Shown piece after piece: positions 44,418-58,266 of a DNA stretch of 64,000 nucleotides (position 1 is its first letter; each line of letters begins with the position of its first letter). The translations under genes and the position numbers were made by a program. The notes under the pieces were generated by a model. That model made no database searches, was not told the origin of the DNA, and was given only the letters and a program-made list of their open reading frames with translations. Source of the stretch: Rhizodiscina lignyota (lineage: Eukaryota); contig ML978121.1 in NCBI GenBank assembly GCA_010015805.1, positions 3,534,001 through 3,598,000 of the forward strand. The letters are read 5' to 3'.

Positions 44418-46506
44418 ATGGCACCTGTCAGAAGTCTGTGCCGGAGCTGGGCTCTCTTTGCACTGTTCATGGCAGCCTTGCTCGCAAGTACAGTGGCCGC
44501 AACCTACCCAAACTTCGATTTTTGCTACCAGGAGAAGGTCCTTCATCTCAACCGAAACGATACGAGCGACCCCAAACAATGCTGGAACCGGAACAGCACG
44601 ACAGGCCTGATCCAGCCCAGCAACAGAACATACCTGTCACTCCAAGGCTGCTACGACCTCTGTGGCCACGGCTTCCAGTTCTGGCTATGGACCGATACGC
44701 TCAAGCGGTTTGCATTCTTCATCCTTCCTCTGATCGTTTTATCCGGCAAATACGCATGGGTTCCTCTCAGTCTTACAAATGGCTTCGCCGTCTTCGTACA
44801 CCTCATCGGCGATCCAATAGACTCTTTCTGGAGTCTTTTGACACGACAAGAGAAAGCCAGACGATTCTATCATTTGGCAATGGAGATAGCACCACAGATG
44901 CCTCGAGAAGTCGCAGAGGTTTGGATGGCATATGACCAGTGGTGGCAAGTATGTCCGATAACCACCAGCGTCAGCAATAGAAGTAGCATAGAGTAGAAAG
45001 GCTAACGGTCACTTTGTACAGGAACCTACAAAACAGTTTGAATCTTTCCTCGATAAACGAAGTAAAATTAAACGAGAGGCCTCGGAGGGCGAGGAACTTC
45101 CACTCCCTGCGCGGCGGACGACAACGGCGGTAGGCGACCAATCAACTCGAGGAGACCAAGCCAGTCGAGGCCCCAGAAAGGATATAAATGTGCCTGATCT
45201 TCTGCGCCGACAAGAGATGTACTATATCAAGAAAGCAGCATCCGAACTTGCGGCCGAGCGATCAAGTGGACAACTCCTTTTGTCTTGGCTGGCAATCGCA
45301 GTCTTTCTGGCTTCGTTGACCGGTGCATATATCAGAACTGCGACCAATAGCGCCAACAATCAGACCGGTCACACTCTCGCAGTCGTCATGCTTTTCAGCT
45401 TCTTGCTATTTGCGGTATACATCAGCGGACATGTCGGCACGTTCAAGTCCCCCGCCAAAGTCATCTGGATCCTTGAGAAACTACATTCAAACCTACCTGA
45501 TCTATTTCCAAAGCCGTACAGTGAAATTATGGTGGAAGATCATCAGAGAACATTCACCCGGCAATACATTGATTCTGCTCCTTGGGCTGGGATCAATAGC
45601 TCCTGGCGCCTCGCAAAGTCGCTACGTCCAGTTTCCCATTCTGACAGATCTCGCTGGACACTGTTCAGCTTAAGTATTTTCCCGATACTGATATCCTGGG
45701 CGGCCGCTTTCGTGATCTCTTACTACACTCCATTGCAAGGGTTCGGCTGTCGCTCGGGGACATGGACCGCCATCACAGTTGCATGGATTCTCTCATGCGC
45801 ATTCGACGGCTTGCTCGGCGCATGCCTACACAAGAGAGCATGGAATGCAAAGCGAGCTAAAGCGTTCTGGTACACTGTACTCACTAAGGACTTCATAATT
45901 ACTTTGGGCAGCATCGTCATGGTCGTTGTCTCTCAAGTCGGGCTCATGAACACTTGCTGGTGCCGCGCAAGTCTTGTCTTTCACATTGACAAAAATACAG
46001 CTTGCATTGACCTCGGGCCAGTGACGGCACAACAGAAGGAAGACAACTGGTACCTTTGGCTCATACCTCCTGCAATCGGGTTGCTTTTGATGCTTGGCGA
46101 CATATTCATGGCCGGATATCAGGGTGAGAATGGCCGCATGCTCTTTAACCGAACAGAGCCCGACCGCATCGCAGAGGACAAGGCTCTCAAAAACATGAAA
46201 AGACTTCTCGAAGTTCAGGAGCCGCCGTTACCAGGTCACACGCCAAGGCAACCCTCTCCAGCGGGTCCACTGCACAATCCGTACTTTGACCGCGAGGAAT
46301 CACCTGGGCCGCAGGATGAGCACGAGACCAATCACTTCAGATTAAGGGGCAGATCATCAGGAACACCGCAAGGACTGGGTCTCGCATCTCCAAGCGCAGC
46401 TGAGACACAGTATCTGCTCAGCCCTTCGGCAATGTCTTCCAGAGGGACATCAAGAGATCCATCTGCGAGCCCTTCGCACACGATGCGCGGTGCCAATGGC
46501 GTATAA
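44418..46506 (+). CDS. Multi-pass membrane hypothetical protein with Cys-containing extracellular N-terminus, 2 exons
   Basis: Signal-like N-terminus, LSLQGCYDLCG, HLIGDPIDS, several TM segments, GFGCRS and GLMNTCWC. Intron at about 44949-45020. Confidence 0.75.
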
Positions 46507-47236
46507 ATACTGAACAACTACTGGCCCGCACGGTCAATCAACCATCGACGTGTTCCGCGTCCTTTACCACCATCCGCCTGAAGCAGCATGGCATGCTATA
46601 AGGTTTCCTTCTACGGTGACATGCTCGTGATTGACGCTCTGCAAACTTCCAGGCCAGCGAACAGCTGACTGTCAACTACGTCGGCTTGGAGGTGGACCAT
46701 GATCGCAAAATTCTAGACGACCGGCGGAGATAGACCGACGATCCTGCTTTGATGCAAGTGTATTCAACTGCAGGAGCTTCAGGCAGGCCTAATACAATAT
46801 GATAGAAGTTGCCCCCGAGCACGCAGGAGACTCTCAGCTGAGCCATTGGGCAACTTTAGGCTTATTATCCAGAATTGTGCAAAAGGTGTGGACAGCCGAC
46901 CAAATCAACCCTCCGAGACCAGACCGAGAGGCTCGCACAAAGACAAATCCGAGCGAAATGTGGGTTTTCTATGTCGTGTTGCTGTTCACAAGTGGCTCCC
47001 GAGCTCACTCTCACCCGAACTTAAGCTGTCTCGTCAGCCGGTAGAGCCACGGTTCCATTGGCATCGCATGGCAGCCTCTCACCACGTTCAATAACACAAG
47101 GCGGAAGCTATGTGAAAAGGGTTTCAATCCTGCTTATCGCTATGCCAGTAAATACCCCAAAATATAATGTACATACTAGCAACGCCAAATTCAAACGCTA
47201 AAAGTTCAATGCCAAAATCCAACAAAGTCTCAAGCT

Positions 47237-48013
47237 TCAAAGCTTTTCCTCCTCCTCCTCTGTTCTTATGCTGTCTTTCCTCGCCCTCTCCAATTCATCT
47301 CCCATGACTCTCTCTTCAATCCGTCTCACTTTGTCCCCAACCCCCTCGCCCTCCTCCTCAGCCACAGTCTCCATCTTCTCAAAAGGCGGAACGGGCGCTG
47401 CGCTGAACCCGTTCGGCCACATCCGCCCCCTCCGTTTCTCCTTCCGGTCGATATGGATCGTTCGTCCGTAAACCCCCAGGCGTATCGCCTGCGCCAGACT
47501 CAGACGCGTGGATCTGGGTCGGCCCCAGCCGTCTTTTGCTGGGCCACCAGCCATGGCAAGGTGGCTGTCGGGTTCATTGTCCACGCAACTCTCCGTGTTA
47601 TCAGAGAAAGACTCTTGTTCTTCTGCAATGGGTGATATCGAGGATGATCTGTATGTAGGCCCCTTGAAGGACAGGCTGGAGGTGGGAGAGTATCCCTGGC
47701 CCAGCGCCTCGATTTCTAGCGCATCGCTTGGGACGTCAGGAACGGTAATCAGATGTGCACGAGGTGGAGTAGGTGCGCGCTGGACGAAGAGCTCAAATGG
47801 GAACGAAGCGCCTGGACCGATTAGAGGTATAGTCTCTGGTTCAGACTCTGTTGATGTCCACCCTGTCGAAGTTGTAGGAATGGGAGATGAGCTGACGGGG
47901 GGCGCTGTGGACTCTACTTCCGCAATCGCCATGGAGATGGGAGATTGTGATATGGGGGAAAGGGGTAGGTGTGTGGTGCCTGTCACTAGTGGTGATATCG
48001 TTATGGTCGTCAT
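47237..48013 (-). CDS. Ser/Pro/Glu-rich hypothetical protein
   Basis: ORF of about 258 aa from ATG 48013 in a good AAAATG context. Low complexity, no recognised domain. Confidence 0.5.
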   Translation of the reverse strand: MTTITISPLVTGTTHLPLSPISQSPISMAIAEVESTAPPVSSSPIPTTSTGWTSTESEPETIPLIGPGASFPFELFVQRAPTPPRAHLITVPDVPSDALEIEALGQGYSPTSSLSFKGPTYRSSSISPIAEEQESFSDNTESCVDNEPDSHLAMAGGPAKDGWGRPRSTRLSLAQAIRLGVYGRTIHIDRKEKRRGRMWPNGFSAAPVPPFEKMETVAEEEGEGVGDKVRRIEERVMGDELERARKDSIRTEEEEEKL

Positions 48014-48363
48014 TTTCAAAAACTGCGATAGGTTAGCAAGAAAGTGTTCGGAGGACCTGAGAGAAATATTATTAGTGCACATTGTGAAGAATCTGCGTCG
48101 CCATGTCCTTTGTACTGGAATAATGAGACAAAGGGATTCTTCTGAAACTGATGTGAGAGGTTAATTTCATGCCCACCGAACAAGGGAGAATCGACAGTTC
48201 TTTGTGGTAGTTCGGGCGCGTCAAAATTGATCCCGACGGTTCTGGCAGCGAAATAACGTCGATTCGAAATCTATACTAGTCTCTAGGTATTCCAGAAATG
48301 CCCGAAATGCTAGCAAATCAGCAAACCGCTTTTATGCTTATGTTTCTTCCGCGTCGATCACTA

Positions 48364-50600
<2,237 letters not shown>

Positions 50601-51322
50601 TGTGAATGATGCTGCGAGGAAATGAAGTGTGAAATGAGAGACGAAAAGTCGATTGCAAAGAGGACAATTGCGAGTGAAGTTTGCTCGAGCGTCTGGGGCA
50701 AAAATATGTTTGCCGTTCAAATGCAATGGCGTGCTCGCGGTAGTGTCATCAAAATCTTTGACAACCCGGAAGACCCTGCAGGAGAACGAGCTCACGATAA
50801 CGTCAGAGCTCGAGCTTCCAAAGTCAGGTTGAAGGTGTTGAGAAATGCGCACCAGGCGCAAATATTAAGTACCCGGAGTAATGCAAAAAATTACTGAGCA
50901 GCTTCTGGCAGTCGGCGAATGAGAAAAGCACGGGGTGGAGCGCAAATTGCGTGATTACAGCCTACTTCTGCAGCCTCTCGAGATCCGGGAGGCGCGGCCG
51001 GCTGCAAGCAATATCTGGCAGGGACGGGTGCGGCTCAACAGATCTCAACTTATCTCAAAGAGGTACCGCCGGTACCTGCAGATAACAAGGATCTCACGAC
51101 GGACTCAGTGTCACACATGATGAAAGGTTGTCATGCTGTGTATATCAAGTCATTGATCTCTTTTGTGTCGTTCATGCTATGTAGTCATGGCACATCCCAT
51201 CCCATCTTAGGGGCTTACGGGTGCAACTCCATATCGGAGCAAGTGTAAGCAAGTATAAATGCAGAAACGCCGTCGCTAAATGCAACAATCTCCCCAAACC
51301 ATGTTTCAAGGTGATGGGGCGG

Positions 51323-52289
51323 TCATGCTCCAATCGTGAGTCCATTTTCCAGCGCCTTGGCCAGATCCTCGGCCTGAGCCTTTTGCTCCTGTTCCATCAA
51401 GAACTGCGCATATCGACTCCTCTTGTTGTGAATCCCGCACTCAGTCTTGGCCTGACCCTTCCAGCGTCCTGCTCTCTCATCCTCGCCGGCAGCAACCGGT
51501 TGCGTGCTATGCCAATCGCCGACGCTCTTGTATCCCCTGTCCAACAGCTCGTTGTATGGGACGTCGTGCTGCTTGATGTACGCCTGCACATCCTTGAAAC
51601 TCCAGTTGGCGAGAGGGTTGATCTTGATCAGGCCCGCGTCGTCAATCTCGACAATGTCCAAGTCGCCTCGCTTGCCGCCCTGGCTGCGACGTCGGCCGGT
51701 AAGCACAGCCTTGACGTTGAGCTCCCGGTAGGCACGCTGTGCTGGCTCTACCTTAGCGATCCAATCATACCGCTCTTCATCGGTCTCCCAGAAGCGGTCA
51801 CCATACTTGGCGATGAACTCTTCGACGGTTTCGGTGCCGGCAGGCTTGTAGACGTGGAGCTTGGTTTGAGGATAACGAGCACGGACGCGGTCGACGAGTG
51901 ATAGTGTCTCTGGGAAGTGATAAAGTGTGTCGAGGAAGATTAAGTCCGTCTGCTGCTTCAGCGGGGAGGTTGCCGCGATCTTGGAGAGGATGTCCACGGT
52001 GACGAGACCAGTGAGTCCGAACGCAGTTGTTTGATAGAGGTTTGGTAACGTGATCAGGCACCATCTTAATATTTCTGATGTTGAGTTAGCATTGCCGTTG
52101 CTCTGACAGACGCCCCAGTGTCAGCTTACCTTCTGGCTCTAATCTCGATAGCTGCTTGTTAATGTATTTCAGGTGCGGCTTTGTGAAGTACAGATCAGGA
52201 AGAGAGTCTTCGCTGCCACTACCACTTGCATATCCGGACTCTACGTCCGCATGCTCAAGCTTCTCGTCATAAATTGGTGACGAGGCCAT
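51323..52289 (-). CDS. MET16: Phosphoadenosine phosphosulfate (PAPS) reductase, 2 exons
   Basis: YQTTAFGLTG, FLDTLYHFPET, KVEP, TGRRRSQG, KINPLANW, GYKSVGDWHST and ERAGRW...KTECGIH. Confidence 0.97.
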
Positions 52290-53859
52290 TGTGTAAATCG
52301 TGTTTATTCTTTGTGTGTGTGTGCTTTTAGTCAAAATGAAGAAAGTCTTGTGCTTTGAGTGAATCTTTCGAGATTTCTGTCTATGAAGCGACAAAATATC
52401 CGCAGAAGCGATTTAAAGAAGAAAGATAGCACGAGTTGGAGATGAAGAAAGATAGAGGCGTCAAGATCACGTATATCAAGGGGGAAGCAGCTCGGCAACG
52501 TACATCGATGGTGCAATACCTGCCTTTCAAATCAGTCCGCTGGGAAGGCATCATCCCATTTTGCGAGCACGCAATTTTAGCGCCATATGATCCGGTACGC
52601 ACAATAGACGGAGACATGGGCCAATGAAAGTAGCAGAATTTGAGCCAGGAAATAATAGACGGGAGCTGTTTCGAGCCTCTACTTGTTTCCGAGAAGGTGC
52701 GATTGTGCGCTGACAAAACTCAGAATTGCCAGCGCTCATGTTCGCGACACTTCGACTTCAAGTGGCGAACAAAGGGTAAATCCGAACAACGGCGATAAAC
52801 GTCACCCCTACAAACCTGAGGCTCATATTAGAGTGGATATTCATAATCCTCACTCATTCTGCCTTTCGTTACATATCTCTCCCTTGATCTCCGGGCGATG
52901 TCGGCAGTCCACTTGAGTGGAGGAATATTGCGTGATCCGCTCGATTTATGGGCAGTTGCATAGCTGAGGCTGGAGACCGACGGAAGAAGATCCGGATTGC
53001 AACACTTTGCCGAGACTTATATGTTCTGCGGCGATTTGCGACTTGATGTAGCGGTGTCGCGTGAGGTGCGACGTCCACACGAGGATATTGACTCCTTTCG
53101 GCGGTCCGGATGTCGGCTGGCAGCCGACTGCAGCTCAAGTGTGGACATATCGTGAGGTTCCTGTTGGTCTCACAATAAAGGCGAAATGTGTTTTCTAAAT
53201 TGTTCTATCGTGTTCCCTACGTCAGACTATATATTGCACATTCAAAAATTTGGAGTGAAGTGCAGTGGCGGAGGTAGGGCTGTATTTGCGGAGATCCCGC
53301 GAGTGCTTGAAGTCACTCCGAGGGCCGGGAGGAGTGCAGGGCTATTGGATATCGGTCACGCCGAGAGCCACTACCAGCCGGCACTCTTCGTACACCCAAG
53401 CAAATGATCTTACAGCTCCGTGGCACGTTGATTACTACGTACCGATTCATAGAAGTAGCCCTCTACAAATGACATACTTCCGGGGAGATGCAAAATCAAT
53501 AGAGAAACATCAAGGTATTTGTGAAAAGCTGTTTGTGACAGCATATGGGTATATTTTTGATATTTTTCTTGTCTGATACGATGAAGTCAGAATCACATGG
53601 CCAAAGGATTCTCATACCAGTCTCATATTATTCGCTGTCTTCTCCTTGGGCCTCTTTTCTCATACGCCATTCGGTGTCTTCTAGCAACCTAGAAAGTTTC
53701 TTCTAGTCTGTCTCTTTGGCTTAATATTAAGCATCTGACCAGGACCGTAGTCGAAACAGTCCAATCCCTTTCGTTCTCTTCGTATTCCGGGGATTCTCCG
53801 CGACCTCTTGGTCTTGCATGGTGGCCCAACATGATATTAATCCATGGTGGGAATCACTC

Positions 53860-55438
53860 TCACCCTTTGGGAGCAGATGACTCGCTTGCCGAAGGTAATT
53901 GTGTTGCAGAAGCATTAATCGAAGTCGGTCTCGAGGTAAAGGCCGAGAATAGCACGGATGATGGGAGCAACTGCGATGCCATACCAGACGACAGCACAGA
54001 ACTCCAGGGTGATCCTTTCCTCGTAGATCTCACCGGTGATGGCAATGCAACTTGGGTATTCGTCGTGTTTTGAATCTGGCGATCCAAAGAAGAGACTTTC
54101 ACTTGTGCCTCACTTTTCTGGTCCTTAGAGGGGCTAATAGTGGAACCTTCGGATGGCTTGGTTACACGATTGACCCCACCATCTTGCGCAGCTGTGACGA
54201 CATTACCAGGCACATCTACATCAACCTTGCGCTTGATCGTCACCGTCCTCGCAATATGGACACTCGTCCCTTTCTCAAGATCATACGGGGTTGAGGAGCG
54301 CTGCGTTGCCCTGGGCATTGGCTGCGCCGTAGATGGCCTGCTTGCTCTTTCTCTTCTGCCACTGCGACGACTGGCGGACGCGGTATAACGTTGAGACCGT
54401 CGTCTCGAGGGCCCAGCAAGTGTCCCTTCGGGGATCTCGTTCCGTCGTAGAAGTGCATCAATGCGGAAGAGCGAAACGGCAGTTAGGCCAGACGTCATCT
54501 CGATCATTGAGAAGAGAGGAAGGAACAGCAAACGACTGGGACTGCATGTCAATATTCACTGCAGACTGCGCTCGGATAAGATGACGCACCGTTTCGACTC
54601 AGCCATTGTCTCAAAGACGAAAAAAGTCAGGACCCGGGAGAGGCTACCGAGGACCGAGACTAAGCCCACGATGCATACGGCATAGAATATCGCTATTTCA
54701 GACATTAGTGTTTGTGACGTCGATTAGAGATGGATGAAAACTTACCTCTGTGCCGGCATTGGATTTGTGATTTGATAATGAAGATGGTTGGCAAAAGCAC
54801 GATAAGTGCGCTTGTGAGGGCATTGATTGCCGAATCGATACCCTGTACACTGTTGAGGTCTATGCAAGACGACAAATCTGTCTCCGGTGTCCATAATAGT
54901 GAGACTGGTTGGCACACAAAGAAGATGATCTACGAGGGTTTCGTTAGCATCAACCGCAACCATGACAAAATACCGTAATCGGTACACTTACGGATGCCGA
55001 AATGATGGAGTGCAGTGAGACCAATACCATCGCAATTAGGATACCAGCTCTCAACAAAGGATACGGCTTCTCTCTCCGCAAGCTAGGTAGAATGAGGTAG
55101 AAGAAAGCTAGCACACTCAGTTTGAGCGCACCAATGGCAAGCCAGTATATGAAGTTGAATGCCAGCATTGCCTTCATGGTTCCGCTCGTCGGCTTGCCAT
55201 TCCAGCTCCCTTGGTGCGCAGAAAAGGTGATTGCTCCCGCGAGGGCAGTCGTACATATTGTAGCAAAGACGAGTGCCCAGTCGTCGGCGGAGAAGCGCTT
55301 CTCAATGAGCCGCCGCGACCATATCCGGAGACACACGTGAACGAATGCTACGACGAACAGAATCCAGCTCACAGCCATCAATGCCCCGGCTTCTGGTGAG
55401 TGTGCATCGCCGGTGTCATGGTACAACAGCCCGTCCAT
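53860..55438 (-). CDS. Pth11-like (fungal rhodopsin-domain) integral membrane protein without CFEM, multi-exon, long Ser/Thr-rich tail
   Basis: VCLRIWSRR...FSADDWALVFA, LKLSVLAFF, CQPVSLLW...C, INALTSALIVLLP and FSMIEMTSG. Confidence 0.75.
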
Positions 55439-56453
55439 TTAAAGTGCGTATCGGCTGCAAGCTGGTACTGGTCCTTGATCTGGCCGGCAGAGAAGTGGCG
55501 AGAATCGAGATGCAGAACGATTGGTCGGAGGCGCAGCCTTATTCTTTGAAAAGACAAATGCACTGCATTTACAAAGGAAAAGGTGAAATAGTGAATCGTG
55601 AATGATAAATTCAGAAGCTGCGCGACCCCTGCTCGCCAGTAGCAGCCACCAAGAAACGACAAGAAATATGTTTCTACAACGAGAGAAACATGTTCAAAGG
55701 AAGAATCGAAGAGGACCGTCGAGATAAACAGCGCGAAACGCCAATGCCATTGGACAGCAAATTGGAGTATTAAGGTTGTCGGCGAGTCAGGGTGGCATAT
55801 GCAGGGCCCACCACGCTGCATGGATCCTGAAGCACTCCACGGTTTGAGAATCTTGAGAAGACGTCGCATCTCTCTTCACCCACCGCAAATTGATCTTGGC
55901 GCACATTTAGCCATCTTCCTTCTGTGCACTTAATATCACCCATTTGGGATGAAAAGGTGGGATTCGACGATAATTTGCCAAATCTGACGTACCTTCTTGC
56001 GTACGCCGTTTGAAGTCGAGTAATGTTATTTCCCGTCGGCCAGCAATATCGCTGCTCAGTGGTTTTATTCAGGTTAATAAGTCAAGCTCGATGGACCACA
56101 CTCTAAGGATTGGTCCCGCACTTTTGTTAATCTAACGTTGTTACAGTTCTCGGCTGATCGACAGACTCACTGAGCCAGTCCGTTGAACGTGATAATCAGA
56201 TGTCCCGAGGATCCTCACATACTGGCCGTTCTTCAGCCGCGACTCCAAGAGGTTACAGATGAAAGTCTGTGCAGACATTCCTCAAACAATTCAGTGGATA
56301 TGTTGGAGAGTCGCAGCATCACAGTTGGTTCGATACCCTCATACGCAGTTGGCATTGCGCAAAGACCTTGGCAATCCTTGAATAAGGTGTACTGTCTCGA
56401 ACTTGCCACGGTACACCGCGAAAGAGGCGACCAATGCTGGAACGCCAGAAGAT

Positions 56454-57642
56454 TCAGTTGCCGTACTTTGACAACAGCTTCTTCATGATGCCAACGGCTC
56501 CTGATCTATAACCCCCGCCGAACAAGGCATGGTGGTTGAGGTGATGGTAACTACACCACGTTAGCTCACACCACTCTCACCTTGTCCTCACACCAAGCGC
56601 AATGAAACACATCAACAATGCTCTAACTTCTAAAGAACTAGAGCAGAACTCACAGTTCGTACAGCGCAACCCTATCCTCATATTCTTCAGCCGGCTCCGT
56701 CTTCGCACAAAGCGAATGGTACTCTTTCAAGAAGCTTCCTCCAAAGCCGCCGAACATCTTCATAATGCCCAGCTCAAACTCTGAATGGGCGTAGCAGGCG
56801 CTCGGATCGTATACAACTTCTTCCGGCTCACCTTCCCCACCAATTGTGCCCACGCTCGCATTTCCTGACCACAGATCTCCATGAACCACGACGGGTGTGA
56901 CGCCCTTTCCATTGTTCAGATGGTCATCCCCGAGGAGTCGCGGCACTACTTGCGATGCCGTAGCCTCGATCATCTTCGCGAGCTCCGCATCCTTTCCATT
57001 CGAACGCTCGCTTCGCCCCAGGATGAAGCGCAGTCGATGATTGGCGTAGAAGTCGGCCCAAGACGATGAAAATGCATTGTCCTGTGGAGTGTCGCCGCAG
57101 CACGTAGTGACGGGAAACCCGAACTGAGGCTTGTCATATCCATCTGGTATCGGCGCTGGTGTGGTGTGGAGTTTGGCTAGCTTCGATGCGAGAGAGTTGG
57201 CGTCGGAAGACTTGTTTGGTCTTGCGCGCCCAGACAGGATGAGGTAGTCGGTCACAAGGAAGGACGTTGAGGACGATGAAGAAAACTTTCCCCAACCAAA
57301 TGATTGCGGGCAAAGGCTTGGGACGGCGTCGTGGAGGGCATTGAGAGAGGCATGTTCTCCTAAGATTAATGATGAGACACCAGGCCAATTGAGTCAGCGC
57401 GTATTTTGCAGACCTTCAAACATAACATCTGCGTCTTTTCCATGGCCAGTCTTCATGAAGTACTCCTTACGCGTTCCATCGTCCAATTTTGTCGTGATCT
57501 TGGATGTGGAAGCCGACGAGCAACCCCCACCTCCAGCAGATGAGACGGTGCTTGAATCCGGATTGAGCTTCAAGAGCTCGATGACTGCTGGATCAAGCTT
57601 CATGGCGGCTCCGGAAAGATGTCTCGCAATGTTTGAGAGCAT
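56454..57642 (-). CDS. Fructosamine-3-kinase / ketosamine kinase family, 3 exons
   Basis: YFMKTG...MFEG, LAKLH, FGFPVTTCCGDTPQDN, VVVHGDLWSGN, YDPSACYAHSEFELG and LYEL/YHHLNH..LFGGGY. The start is ATG 57642 or 57603. Confidence 0.93.
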
Positions 57643-58266
57643 TCAGAAAGCAATTGCATAGCTATTTGGTTTGCTGAAGGGATTCGGAGCATTGAAATCT
57701 TTATGACGTTAAATGTGGGGCTCAGATCGCGTCCCACTTCAAGCTGTGGTAGACTAAGAAACGCAGACGCGACAGCGTATCTGAACCTCAAATTCGAAAT
57801 CAGGTTCCAGATGTTCTCTCTAACAATGTATTCTGAACATTGACATCGTGTAAGCTTGATTTCAATTCACTGTTACACAAGATATTCGCGAACCGCTTGC
57901 AAAACACCCGTCAAAGAAGGGGATTTTCTAGCCAGTACAATATGTTCAGTGAAGAAAAAGACAACTGCCATTTGCAAAGCAAATATACACTCTACAACAG
58001 TAACGTACACCAAGCATGGTCAAATTAAAGAGATTCCTCCACGAGAACGCGAAACCAGCCACCACCGAGGCCTGCCTACTCCGTCATCCCCACAGGCGCA
58101 ACTCGTGCCCATGCACATGCCCGGGCCCGACTTGCTGAACAAAGGAAAGACCCAAAATGTAAAAAGGGATATATCTGAAGTAACACCTCACATGAATGCA
58201 GAACGCTTGCTCGTTTCCGTTAAATAGTGCCAAAATAGGAGTAACAACGCTTACGCTACTCATCCC

